From a bacterium (GTDB taxonomy: Bacteria > Electryoneota > Electryoneia > Electryoneales > Electryoneaceae): 64,000 bases of DNA. The notes beneath the pieces are model-generated. The model saw only the letters and a list, made by a program, of their open reading frames with translations, had not been told where the DNA came from and searched no databases. Shown here one piece after another: positions 19,616 to 30,327 of this stretch. Made by a program: the position numbers and the translations under genes. How positions within the stretch are numbered: position 1 is the stretch's first letter; every line of letters starts with the position of its first letter. The DNA lies in NCBI GenBank assembly GCA_963669175.1, contig OY769902.1, positions 2,944,001-3,008,000 on the forward strand. The letters are read 5' to 3'.

Positions 19616-19741
19616 AATGAATGTTGAAAACATAAATAAACGGATGGTTAAAGAAAAAGATAACAGATAAAGATAGACATGGTGTGTGATATTTGATATA
19701 AACCCTGCTTGTAAAGAAAGAATGGATAAATTACTGATATA

Positions 19742-19942
19742 GCTGTTCTCGACATTATTCCGTCACAATGGAGATTGCCGGGAAAAGGGGACGGAATCCT
19801 TTTCCTTGCGCTTATACAGAATATTTTAAAGTATTTCTGGAAAAGGAAACTGTCCCCTTTTTCCATCTCCTTTATTCCAACTATATAACTGATCTTTCAC
19901 TGATATGCTACATGACCATATGACGGATTAATAATTGGAATG
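19742..19942 (+). repeat. Family B element copy B2 with internal deletion
   Basis: Matches B1 but lacks about 106 bp between the two GGAAA(C/T)TGTCCCCTTTT motifs. Flanked by imperfect 21-bp direct repeats (19691..19711 and 19948..19968). Confidence 0.88.
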
Positions 19943-19954
19943 ACTACATTTAAC

Positions 19955-19983
19955 ATAAACCCTGCTTGCACAGCAAGCAGGGG
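19955..19983 (-). terminator. Probable terminator between the convergent SDR and giant-protein genes
   Basis: CCCTGCTTGC-ACA-GCAAGCAGGG stem; short T-rich tail on the minus strand. Confidence 0.55.
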
Positions 19984-20051
19984 CAAATTTCAGGAGTATA
20001 TTGTTAATCCTTTTTCACCTTTTTCACTTTGTGTACTTTTTTCACTTCTTC

Positions 20052-23000
20052 CTACCTCACCAGGATCATCTTCTTCCGCACATTCATCTTTCCCGAAACC
20101 TGGGCATGGATGAAGTAGACACCACTTGGCAGTCCCTGGGCATTGAAGGAGAATTTGTGATACCCTTCCGGGTAACGTCCGTCGGCCAGCTCCTGCACCC
20201 GACGTCCCAGGACATCATAGATGCGTACCGTCAGTGTTGCTGAATGCGGCAGTGATACCACAACATTTGCTGTCGCGTTGAATGGGTTCGGATAGGTTCC
20301 CGGTACACCATAAGCTGTCGGCACGCCGCTCCAGGGATCCGGCACAGGGTTGTAATACAGGACGAAGAAGCCAAGCGTATCGGATGCCCAGGTTCCGTCC
20401 GTATTGCTGTCCGGGACAAAAACTGACCAGTAATACTGCCGGTAGGATTGCAGGCTGTCCGTACTGAACAGGGTATCGGTTAAGCCATCAGCAATACACC
20501 ACGCGGTTGAGAAATCAGGCAGTGTGTCGATCCAAACTTCATATCGCACGCTGTCATAGGGGTCAGGGTCAAACGAAGGCGCCCAGGAGAACTCCAGCTC
20601 ATCCAGACGGACCGAGTCCCCATCAGCAGGCGCATACAGGTCAAACGCGACCGGTGCATCCGGAATGTCTGTGATAAAGTGCCAGATACCGGAACCTGGG
20701 GGATTTGCAACCGTCATAAGTCCGAAATCATCTACCGCATATACTTTCCAGAAGATAGTTGAATCATCCGGTAGTGATCCGGTGCTGTTGTTCAGAACAG
20801 AATCCATCCCGGTTACGAGGTATTGCGTGTTGTTCGTATAGACAACAACGCTGTCCTGCAAGTCGGATGAGGTTGCCCAGATAACCTTGTAGCGAACGTG
20901 ATCACGAATATCGGAATCGATGGATTCTGTCCATTCCAGCAGGGCAAATGGCGTACGAATCGTATCGCCATTCGCCGGTGCGAGTTGCGCGAAGGGGCCG
21001 GGAGGATCAGGTTTCAGCGCCCAGAAACTGTAGGTCTGCTTGGACCAGGTGCCGGTGGTGTTGGTGTCCTGCGCACGAACTTTCCACCAGTACATCGTAG
21101 TATCCTGCAATTCATGGATGTCGATGTAAGGCGTAGCGACTGTAATGGAATCTATATGCCCGGCAAACGCTTCATCCTGGGCCAGGTAGACCACGTACTC
21201 AACAGTGTCATTTGAATCCGGATCAACCGCTTCTTCCCAATCCAGGCGCAGCCCAAGGGTGCTGGCCAGTGAACCATTGTCCGGGCTCAACAGGTTGAAT
21301 GCGGAAGGTGGACGTTCCAGTGAAACATAAAAACGATGAGTATGATTAGCCCAGGTGCCGCGTGAGTTGGTATCCTGCGCGCGCACCTTCCACCAGTAAT
21401 TCACATGGTTCAATAACCCTGTCATGTTATAATCCGGGGAATAGGCTATGGCTGAATCGAGACCATTGCTGAAATCTTCGTTCAGCGCCCAGTAGACCAC
21501 GTAATACACCGCATCACCGGGATCAGGATCTGCTGCTGCTTCCCAAAGCAGGTTCACACCCTCGTCATGGACGACATCACCATCTTCCGGTGACAGCAGC
21601 TCGAATTGTGCCGGCGGTTCGCCGATCTGGACGTTGAACGACCAGCCTTCTTCCTGGTTGCACAGGCGCTGGCTGTTGTAACGATCCTTCGCGTAGACGC
21701 GCCAGTAGATTGTTGTCCCATCCGGCAAATCATCAAGGTTGTCATCGTTGGTAGTCTTGTTGTCAGATGAGAAACTCGATGCGTTTGAACCTGATTCGAA
21801 CGTCTGACCGGTCGTGACCTGGTTCTCTGCCGCTTCGAATATGCCGACTCGATTCTGATTATTCTGTCGCCTTCCGGAAGTTGAAACAACGGTTGAACCG
21901 GATGACGAATATGTACTAATCGCAGATCCGGAATGTTTATTGGATCGTCCGGCGCGTGGTCCTCGTTGTGAAACCTTACCGAGTTCCTGCTCAGGATCAG
22001 GTGTCGAGTTCGTCAATTCATTGTTCGGCAACTCCGAGATCAGGAAAGTAGTGTCGCCGACTTCCTGGAAAGCGTTGTTCTCGAACTGGTTGTCCGTCGC
22101 CCATTCAACGATATAGGTTACATGATCGTTAGGATCGTTGTCCGTGGTGCTGTACCAGGAAACCCGGACCGTATCATCGTGGAAAATGGAGTTGTCATCC
22201 GGCCCGGCAAGGCTGAACGGATTCGGTGCGACCGGGATGAAGGTGTACAAACGGAATATGGTGTCTGACCACCTGCCCAGACCGTCGTTGTCCTCCGCGT
22301 AAACCTTCCAGAAACGGTTAGAACGATTGGGAAGGTTAGTCAACGCGATTGTCGTGTCCTGCGTTGTCAACGTATCCAGATTCTGACTGAACGCCTGATC
22401 GGATGCGGTGATTATGCTGTATGTGATCAACGCTTCAGGGTCGGGATCAAATGCGCTGGCCCAGACCAATGTTGTATCTCCGGTCCAGCAGGTGTCGCCA
22501 TCTGCCGGGCTGAGCAGGGTGAAAGTTTCCGGCGGCTCCGGCAGATACACAGTGAAAGACCACCCGGTGTCCGGATCGGCAAAGCGTTCAAGATCATAGA
22601 TGTCATGCGCACGCACCCGCCAGAAAATCGTGGAATCATCCGGCAGTTCATCGAGGCCGTTTCCGGCAAGTACTTCGGCCAGGTCCGTAATGGTATAGCT
22701 GGTGTCAGTTATCGAATCTGCGCTGAAGAAAGCACTGAATTCCGGATCAAGCGACCAGAACACTTCGTAGACAAAATCTTCATCAGCGTTGGGATCTGTG
22801 CTCGGTGTCCAATGTACCGTAACCGTATCGCTTTCAACTCTGCTGTCTGGCATGGGATCAGCCAGGGAGAAGGCGAAGGGACCGTCAGGAATAAATATCC
22901 GGACGGCAACAGTATCCGTGTATACATCGAAGCCGTGAGTGTCAAACGCGTGCACATTGATGTAGTACAGGGAATCATCCAGCAGGCCACGAATCATCAG

Positions 23001-26000
23001 GCTGGTATCTGCCAGGATCATGGCGCTGCATGGTTCGGCGAATTGACGGTCCGTATCCCAGAGGATCTCGTACAATACACTGTCGCCCGGGTCCGGTTCT
23101 ATTGAAGAAGTCCAGGTAACCAGCAGGGAATCTGTCCAGCAGGTGTCGCCATCGGCCGGGGAAACAAGTGAGAAACCGGTTGGCGGTTCGAAGATGTAGA
23201 CATCAAACTGCCACCCATTTACCGGGTTTGAACAGGTCGTTGCGCCGCTGACCGAAGTGGCAAACACACGCCAGTAAACAGAGATGTCATCCGGTAGCTC
23301 ATCGAGGTCTCCGTTGAAGACTACATCCTGCAAGTCCGAAATGGAGAAGGAGGTGTCTGCCGTGCTTCCGGTATAGGATACAGCGAACAACGGGTCTGTA
23401 GCCCATTCAACGGTGTATGTGACGGCGCCACCGTTCAGGGGATCGGAAGATGAATTCCAACGTACTAACACTGTATCGTTATGCGTCTGGGTTCCGTTGA
23501 CCGGTTGAGCCAGTCCAAACGGCAGCGGCGCATCCGGGTTTTCTACAGTGAATATAAACGTATCCGTAGACCATGTTCCCGGTGTGTTGCTGTCCTGGGC
23601 GCGAACTTTCCAGGAGTAGGTGGTGTTACTGATCAGGTCCGAAGCAGCATAGCTGGTGTCGGTTACGATTGTTGAGTCTACTGTCATGGTGAAAGTCGGA
23701 TCAAGCGCCCACCAGACCACATAGCCCAGTGTGTCACCGGGATCAATTTCGCCCGCTGATTCCCAAACAAATGTCGTGTCTGATCCGTGGACAGTAGATT
23801 CATCAGCAGGTGACAAAAGGTTAAACGCTACAGGCGGATCATAGAGGTAAACATTGAAACGATAGCCTGCAACCGGATCGCAGCGGGTTTGATAACCATC
23901 CGGATCTTCCGCCAGCACACGCCAGTACACCGGGGCATCATCGGGAAGTTCATCCAGATTTTCCCAGAACTGCGGATCGGAAAGGTCAGCTATGGTAAAG
24001 AAGGTATCCGTTGTTGTAGCGGAATAAGCGGTACTGTACAGGGCATCGGGTGACCATTGGACAGTGTAGGTTATATCGCCGCCCTGCGGATCAACTGACG
24101 GATTCCAGCGAACTGTCACTGTGTCGTTATGAACTTCTGCATCGTTTGCCGGAGACGCCAGCGCAAACAGTGAAGGGGCATTGGTGACATTGGTATGCAT
24201 CACCCAGGTTGCATCGGACCATGTGCCCGGGGAATTGCTGTCCTGGGCGCGTACCTTCCACCAATACGAAACGCCGCTGATAATATCAAAGGTATAGGTT
24301 GTGTCTTCACCGGTATTCGATGAATCCACATCCAGTGAGAAATTGCTGTCTGACGCCAGCCAGATACGGTAGGTGACATTGTCGCCTGGGTCGGTATCGT
24401 AGGTCGACTCCCAGGTCATGGTCTGGGCGCCGCTGGTGACAGTTGCTTCGTTCAATGGCGAAAGCAGGCTGAACGGTTCCGGCATGGACGGGAAGTTGGC
24501 CAGGAAATGGAAAACCTCCGTGGACCAGGTGCCGTTGGTGTTGTTGTCCCGGGCACGAACTTTCCAGTAATAGGTTGAATCATCCAGCAGACCGGAGATG
24601 TGATAACTGGTGTCCGCAGTGATCACGGAATCAAGCCCACTGGTAAACGTATTGTCAAATGCCCACCATACAACATAATCGACCGCGTCATCCGGATCTG
24701 GTTCTGCAGCCGTTTCCCATACCAGCGTAGTATCCCCGCCGAAGTATACCGTATCGCCATTGCCCGGACTCAGGAGGGAGAAGGGGGTTGGCGGGTCGGC
24801 GAAGTAGACGGTAAATGACCAGCCGTTGAAAGGCGTCGCGTTAGTGGTTAAACCAAGACGGTCTGTAGCGGTGACACGCCAGAAGACGGTTGAATCTTCC
24901 GGGATTTCATCCAACTGGTTTTGCAGGCCATTGATGGTGTAAGAAGTGTTTCGCGTGGTACCCGTGTACGATGTGGCGAAGGTAGGATCGGTAGACCATT
25001 CCACGGTATAGGTAATCGTATCACCGGGATCAGGATCAATACTCTGGGTCCAGGATACGGTAACACTATCATCCGCGACGTTGCTGCCATTGGCCGGACT
25101 TGCCAGTGAAAACGCGCTTGGAGCGCCGGGGATATGAACATGCAGGCGATTGACCTGGCTGGACCAGCGACCCGCTGTGTTGGTGTCGTTCGCCCGGACC
25201 TTCCAGTAATAATCGTTGTCATCATTCAGATTGTTGAGTGCCATGGCGGTTACAGGACCAACAGTTGCCATTGAATCAAGGTTCTGAGTAAATGCGGCAT
25301 TAGTGGCAATCCACACAACATAATTGACAATCGCATCACCGGGATCGAGGTCGGTTGCCGCTTCCCAGGTCAGGGTCGTATCGCCGCTGTAACAGGTATC
25401 GCCGTCGTCTGGTGACAACAGGCTGAACGGTTGCGGTGGAATCCAGAAACGGGTATAGAACGACCAGCCGGAATTTGGCGTGCATAGTGTTTCATTCCCA
25501 AGCCTGTCAATCGCCTTTATGCGCCAGTAAATATTCGTTGAATCGGGCAGGTTTGGGAGTGTATAGGTCAGGTTCCCGGTTATCGCAGAGTTGACCAGTC
25601 CCGAGAAATCGTTCTGTTCGGACCATTCGACTCGGTATCGCAGCACATCGCCCGGATCAGGATCGATGGCGGCGTTCCACGATACCAGTTGCGAATTATA
25701 ATGAACCGTATCCTGGTTCGCAGGGGCGGCCAGGGTGAAAGCGCCGGGCGATTCATGGATGTATACCGGGATTCGCCAGGTTTGTGTTGACCATGTACCC
25801 GTAGTATTGGTGTCCTGCGCACGAACCTTCCACCAGTAGGTATGGTCATCAAGCATACCGTTCAAAGCATATGTGGTCAGCGCTGTGGAAGCGGAATCGA
25901 GGTTCTGGGTGAAAGCCGCATCCGTTGCCCACCAGACCCGGTAGGTAATCGCATCACCGGGATCAGAATCGGTGGCGGCCTGCCAGGTCAGGGTCGTATC

Positions 26001-29000
26001 ACCGGTCCAGCAGGTGTCCATGTCAAACGGTGATGACAGGCTGAAAGCATTGGGCGGATCGGGGATCGCGGCAACGTAAAACGACCAACCGGAGGATGGG
26101 ATGCCATCGATGCTTGTTCCGAAACGGTCCGCAGCACGCACCCGCCAGTAGATCCGGGCATCATCAGGAAGCTCATCCAGCTCGTTGACAATATTCTGCA
26201 TGTCGGTGATCGTCAGGAAAGTGTCCGTAGTCGCGCCATGGTAATAGGTTGCGAAACCGGGATTCAACGACCAATTTACCGTATAGGTAATCACATCGCC
26301 GGGATCGGCATCGGCTGACGCTGTCCAATGAACTCTGACGGTGTCGTTATAGATAATTGCTTCATCTGCGGGAAGCGCAAGATTGAAAGCTGTCGGTCCA
26401 TCCGGGATATAGACATGGAAACGATTGGTTTGCGTTGACCAGGTGCCCGTGGTATACAAATCCTGCGCCCTGACTTTCCAGTACCAGGTAGAATTGTCCG
26501 GCCGGTTATTCAGAGGATGAGTTGTTCCGGCAACTGTGGCCGAGTCGAGATCCTGCGTAAACGCAGCATTACTAGCCCACCATACGACATAATGCACAAC
26601 ATCGTTCGGGTCGGTATCCACTGCCGCCTGCCAGGCCAGGGTTGTATCGCCATCCCAACAGGTATCGTTGTTGGTGGGGGACAGTAGGCTGAAGGCATTG
26701 GGCGCTGTCGGGATATAGACATGAAAAGAACGTGTATCCGTGGACCAGCGACCGGATGAATTGCTGTCCTGCGCCCGGACTTTCCAGAAATACGTAGTAT
26801 GATCATTCAAGTTGTTCAGATCATATGTAGTTTGTCCCGCCGCGACGGAAGCGGAATCAAGGTTCTGGGTAAAGGCCGCGTTGGTTGCCCACCAGATGAC
26901 ATAGTTCTGGATAGCGTCCCCGGGATCGGGGTCGCTTGTTGCCTGCCATGTGAGTGTCGTATCGCCGGTCCAGCAGGTGTCGCCCGTATCCGGTGACAAC
27001 AGGGTAAAGGGGGCAGGCGGTTGGGTGATATAAATGTCAAATGACCAACCGGCCGCTGGGGTTGCCCAGGTCTGTTCACCATAACGATCTGTTGCCAGGA
27101 CACGCCAGTATATGGTCGTGTCATCGGGTAATTCATCCAGCTCGTTGGAAACGATATTCTGAAAATCTGTTATTTCAAGCGAGGTTTCGGTAGTCGAACC
27201 GGTGTAGAAACTTGAGAAATCCGCATGACCGGACCATTGCACATGGTAGGTGACAAGATCATCCGGGTCGGGATCAATGGACGTTGTCCATTGAACTGTA
27301 ACCGTATCATCATTGATCACAGCGCCGTCAGCCGGTGAGGACAATGAAAACGGCCCCGGCGGTTCCGGCGAATAGACTTTGAGATGATTGACCTGGTTGG
27401 CCCAGGTGCCGTTGGTATTGCCGTCCTGCGCTCGCACACTCCAGTAATAGGTCTGATCATCGAGCATGTTGAGCAGTTCATAGGTGGTATCCGGGACGTT
27501 CACCGAAGCGCTGTCCAGATTCTGGCTGAAAGTCGCGTTAGTTGCCCACCAGATTACGTAACGCTGTACCGCATCTCCCGGATCGGGGTCTGTGGTTGTG
27601 CGCCAGACAAGGGTTGTATCCCCGGTCCAGCAGGTATCCGTGTTCAGTGGCGTAACAAGATCAAAGGCCAGGGGAGCGTCAAAGAGATACACATTGAAAG
27701 ACCAGCCCGCGACCGGTGTTGCCCAGGTTTCGTTTCCGAATCGGTCTATCGCCTTTACCCGCCAATAGATGGTCGTGTCATCCGGTAGCTCGTCCAGTTC
27801 ATCCAGTCCGCCCAGCAGCAGGTCGTGCAGGTCGGAAATGACGAAAAATGTATCTGAGGTCGATCCTGAATAGAAACTGGAGAAGTTGCTGTGCTGGGAC
27901 CAGTTGATATGGTAGGTAATGGGATCGCCAGGGTCAGGATCTATCGAACGTTCCCAGGAAACCGTAACCGTATCGTTATGCACATCGCTGGTATTGGCTG
28001 GAGCATCCAACGCGAAGGCGCCGGGTGCATCCGGGATATAAACATGGAAATATCGTGTCTGGGTTGACCAGGTTCCGGTAGTGTTGCCATCCTGCGCACG
28101 GACTTTCCAGTACCATGTGGAATTGTCAGCGAGATTGACAAGGTTTAATGACGTAGTTGGAACATTTACTGAAACAGAATCGAGATTCAGTGTAAATGCT
28201 GCGTCGGTAGCGTACCAGACCACATAACGCAAAACCTGGTCACCGGGATCAGGGTCCGTTGCCGCCTGCCATGTCAGGGTTGTATCCCCGGTCCAGCAGG
28301 TGTCGCCGTTGAGGGGGCTGGTCAGGTTAAACGGATTTGGCGGATCGGGATGGTACTCCGTATAAAATGTCCAGCCAGTGTCCGGTGTCGCCCATGTCTG
28401 GAAATTATAGTTATCCTGCGCATAAACACGCCAATAATAAAGCGCATTATCGGTCAATTCATCCAGGTCATTGCTGTTGTCAGAGATGTTGTAGGTGGTA
28501 TTGCTTGTTGAGCCGGTCCAGTGGGGTGTGAAGTTTTCATTCAAAGACCACTGCACGTAGTAAGTTACGTCATCATCCGGATCGGGGTCGCTAGAGGCTG
28601 TCCAACTCACGGTAACAGTATCTTCGCCGAGTATGGCGAAATTGGCTGGCGACTGCAAATCAAACGCAGTTGGCGGTTCATTAATAAAAACACGAAAGCG
28701 ATATGTAGATGTACTCCATCGTCCTTCAGAGTTTGTATCAATTGCTTTCACTTTCCAGTAGTAGGTCTGATCATCACTGAGTTCGGCAATGTTTACTGAA
28801 GTCGCCGGCGGATCGACATCGGCTGAATCCAGTCCCACGGTAAAGGCCGCATTCCTTGCCCAATAAACACGATAGAAAAGAGAATCACCCGGGTCAGGTT
28901 CTGTCGAGGATTGCCATGTCAATGTTGTGTTGTCTTGCCAGACTGTATCCGTATCTCCCGGACTCAACAGATCGAATACAGATGGAGGTTCCGGGATATA

Positions 29001-29717
29001 CACATGTATCTGCCAGGTTTCCTGGGACCAGGTCTGGCCATGTGGCTGACCGTCTGTGGCGAGGATTTTCCAATAGTAGGTCTGATCATCAAGCATTCCT
29101 GCGCGATTATGAGTCGTATCGCCGGTAATCGGGTTGGTCACATTCTGGGTAAAGAGTGGATCTGTGGCCATGTAAACGCGATAGTTTACATTCAATCCTT
29201 CATCAGGGTCGCTGGAGGATGACCAGGTCAGAGTTGTGTCACCGGTCCAGCAAGTGTCCCCGTTGGCCGGAGCAAGCAGGTGAAAATCTGTCGGTGGAGC
29301 ATTCAGGTCGATATAAAACCACCATCCCGCCTGGGGGGTAGCCCAGGTTTCATCATTTTCATTATCAACGGCCTTTACACGCCAATACACACGGGTGGAA
29401 TCGGGAAGCTCATCCAGCTCTTCCAGGTTGAAGCCCTGTACTATCTGGTCGGCAAGATCCGTGATGGCGTAATTGCTGTTAATGGTCGTTCCACTGTAAA
29501 AGCTTGAAAAATCGGCATGAGTTGACCATTGGACATGATACAATATTTGACCGCCATCGGGATCAACCGAAGCGCCCCACCACACATAAACGGTGTCATT
29601 CTGAACTGTAGTTTCGTTTACAGGTGAAATGAGGTTAAAAGCAACTGGTGGTTGCGCATAAGCGGAAAGGCTTACTATAACCAGAAATATAAAGACTGTT
29701 GAAAGTCGCTTCATCAT
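20052..29717 (-). CDS. Giant (3221 aa) secreted protein: 28 FnIII/Ig-like repeats plus T9SS-type C-terminal domain
   Basis: Signal peptide; I count 28 units P..F.L..P...W...D.D..D...Y...W...YW.V.A.D; C-terminal YPNPFN...IYDVLGR...SGVYF...KMILVR. Confidence 0.9.
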   Translation of the reverse strand: MMKRLSTVFIFLVIVSLSAYAQPPVAFNLISPVNETTVQNDTVYVWWGASVDPDGGQILYHVQWSTHADFSSFYSGTTINSNYAITDLADQIVQGFNLEELDELPDSTRVYWRVKAVDNENDETWATPQAGWWFYIDLNAPPTDFHLLAPANGDTCWTGDTTLTWSSSSDPDEGLNVNYRVYMATDPLFTQNVTNPITGDTTHNRAGMLDDQTYYWKILATDGQPHGQTWSQETWQIHVYIPEPPSVFDLLSPGDTDTVWQDNTTLTWQSSTEPDPGDSLFYRVYWARNAAFTVGLDSADVDPPATSVNIAELSDDQTYYWKVKAIDTNSEGRWSTSTYRFRVFINEPPTAFDLQSPANFAILGEDTVTVSWTASSDPDPDDDVTYYVQWSLNENFTPHWTGSTSNTTYNISDNSNDLDELTDNALYYWRVYAQDNYNFQTWATPDTGWTFYTEYHPDPPNPFNLTSPLNGDTCWTGDTTLTWQAATDPDPGDQVLRYVVWYATDAAFTLNLDSVSVNVPTTSLNLVNLADNSTWYWKVRAQDGNTTGTWSTQTRYFHVYIPDAPGAFALDAPANTSDVHNDTVTVSWERSIDPDPGDPITYHINWSQHSNFSSFYSGSTSDTFFVISDLHDLLLGGLDELDELPDDTTIYWRVKAIDRFGNETWATPVAGWSFNVYLFDAPLAFDLVTPLNTDTCWTGDTTLVWRTTTDPDPGDAVQRYVIWWATNATFSQNLDSASVNVPDTTYELLNMLDDQTYYWSVRAQDGNTNGTWANQVNHLKVYSPEPPGPFSLSSPADGAVINDDTVTVQWTTSIDPDPDDLVTYHVQWSGHADFSSFYTGSTTETSLEITDFQNIVSNELDELPDDTTIYWRVLATDRYGEQTWATPAAGWSFDIYITQPPAPFTLLSPDTGDTCWTGDTTLTWQATSDPDPGDAIQNYVIWWATNAAFTQNLDSASVAAGQTTYDLNNLNDHTTYFWKVRAQDSNSSGRWSTDTRSFHVYIPTAPNAFSLLSPTNNDTCWDGDTTLAWQAAVDTDPNDVVHYVVWWASNAAFTQDLDSATVAGTTHPLNNRPDNSTWYWKVRAQDLYTTGTWSTQTNRFHVYIPDGPTAFNLALPADEAIIYNDTVRVHWTASADADPGDVITYTVNWSLNPGFATYYHGATTDTFLTITDMQNIVNELDELPDDARIYWRVRAADRFGTSIDGIPSSGWSFYVAAIPDPPNAFSLSSPFDMDTCWTGDTTLTWQAATDSDPGDAITYRVWWATDAAFTQNLDSASTALTTYALNGMLDDHTYWWKVRAQDTNTTGTWSTQTWRIPVYIHESPGAFTLAAPANQDTVHYNSQLVSWNAAIDPDPGDVLRYRVEWSEQNDFSGLVNSAITGNLTYTLPNLPDSTNIYWRIKAIDRLGNETLCTPNSGWSFYTRFWIPPQPFSLLSPDDGDTCYSGDTTLTWEAATDLDPGDAIVNYVVWIATNAAFTQNLDSMATVGPVTAMALNNLNDDNDYYWKVRANDTNTAGRWSSQVNRLHVHIPGAPSAFSLASPANGSNVADDSVTVSWTQSIDPDPGDTITYTVEWSTDPTFATSYTGTTRNTSYTINGLQNQLDEIPEDSTVFWRVTATDRLGLTTNATPFNGWSFTVYFADPPTPFSLLSPGNGDTVYFGGDTTLVWETAAEPDPDDAVDYVVWWAFDNTFTSGLDSVITADTSYHISGLLDDSTYYWKVRARDNNTNGTWSTEVFHFLANFPSMPEPFSLLSPLNEATVTSGAQTMTWESTYDTDPGDNVTYRIWLASDSNFSLDVDSSNTGEDTTYTFDIISGVSYWWKVRAQDSNSPGTWSDATWVMHTNVTNAPSLFALASPANDAEVHNDTVTVRWNPSVDPQGGDITYTVQWSPDALYSTAYSATTTDTFFTIADLSDPQFWENLDELPDDAPVYWRVLAEDPDGYQTRCDPVAGYRFNVYLYDPPVAFNLLSPADESTVHGSDTTFVWESAGEIDPGDTLGYVVWWALDPTFTMTVDSTIVTDTSYAASDLISNTTYSWKVRAQDSNTPGTWSTDTFIFTVENPDAPLPFGLAQPVNGTQTHNDTVLVRWNSSSDPLNGGAVTYTVEWATDPLFAVSYTGSTADTSFSISDLQDVVFNGDLDELPDDISVYWRVFATSVSGATTCSNPVNGWQFDVYIFEPPTGFSLVSPADGDTCWTDSLLVTWTSSIEPDPGDSVLYEILWDTDRQFAEPCSAMILADTSLMIRGLLDDSLYYINVHAFDTHGFDVYTDTVAVRIFIPDGPFAFSLADPMPDSRVESDTVTVHWTPSTDPNADEDFVYEVFWSLDPEFSAFFSADSITDTSYTITDLAEVLAGNGLDELPDDSTIFWRVRAHDIYDLERFADPDTGWSFTVYLPEPPETFTLLSPADGDTCWTGDTTLVWASAFDPDPEALITYSIITASDQAFSQNLDTLTTQDTTIALTNLPNRSNRFWKVYAEDNDGLGRWSDTIFRLYTFIPVAPNPFSLAGPDDNSIFHDDTVRVSWYSTTDNDPNDHVTYIVEWATDNQFENNAFQEVGDTTFLISELPNNELTNSTPDPEQELGKVSQRGPRAGRSNKHSGSAISTYSSSGSTVVSTSGRRQNNQNRVGIFEAAENQVTTGQTFESGSNASSFSSDNKTTNDDNLDDLPDGTTIYWRVYAKDRYNSQRLCNQEEGWSFNVQIGEPPAQFELLSPEDGDVVHDEGVNLLWEAAADPDPGDAVYYVVYWALNEDFSNGLDSAIAYSPDYNMTGLLNHVNYWWKVRAQDTNSRGTWANHTHRFYVSLERPPSAFNLLSPDNGSLASTLGLRLDWEEAVDPDSNDTVEYVVYLAQDEAFAGHIDSITVATPYIDIHELQDTTMYWWKVRAQDTNTTGTWSKQTYSFWALKPDPPGPFAQLAPANGDTIRTPFALLEWTESIDSDIRDHVRYKVIWATSSDLQDSVVVYTNNTQYLVTGMDSVLNNSTGSLPDDSTIFWKVYAVDDFGLMTVANPPGSGIWHFITDIPDAPVAFDLYAPADGDSVRLDELEFSWAPSFDPDPYDSVRYEVWIDTLPDFSTAWCIADGLTDTLFSTDSLQSYRQYYWSVFVPDSNTDGTWASDTLGFFVLYYNPVPDPWSGVPTAYGVPGTYPNPFNATANVVVSLPHSATLTVRIYDVLGRRVQELADGRYPEGYHKFSFNAQGLPSGVYFIHAQVSGKMNVRKKMILVR

Positions 29718-30327
29718 GGTTCAGGCTCACAAAGATCGCTTGAAAACTTGTACAGACCCAATAACAGTATCACAAGCTCAGTAACCCTCAATTGTTCGAA
29801 CAAATGCTCTAACAAACCTTCAAACTTCGCATTGCCCCATATGTTTACTTCTAAACATACTCCAAGTGTCACTCATCTATGATGAAATGTGCGTAGGAAA
29901 ACCGTCAAGAAGCGTGACGTAAAAGTACTTGGAAATAAACAACTAACATTTCCAAGGATGGGGAGAATGTCTGCGCCTGCGTGCAAGCCAATATACAAAA
30001 AGAACACTCTGAATGCACTCAATATGTGCCTTCAGAAAGAAGAATAAGAAGTTTTTTCGTATAGTCTGGTGAGCAATATCACATGGTAAAAATATCTGTG
30101 CAAAAACAGAAAATCTTTCATGATCACTTTTGATTTCAGAAGGTGGAAGAATACATTGGACAATCGATTGGGGCCTCTATTGCCGTGTAGTATTTCTCTG
30201 GCGCCAAGCTCCGCGGGAATCGTGAATTGTATATTTTACCTGTACCGATATCAGCGCGTCAGTTACTTTGTGAGTCAGATCACGCCTGGTACAGATACGT
30301 AGAAACTCCATTTCATCGAGGTCGCAT

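Noticed and set aside
29718-30327. Long intergenic region as ncRNA or riboswitch (also 43559..43889 and 62382..62700)
   Set aside because: No tRNA, rRNA or riboswitch signature was recognisable by eye. An Rfam covariance search would be needed.
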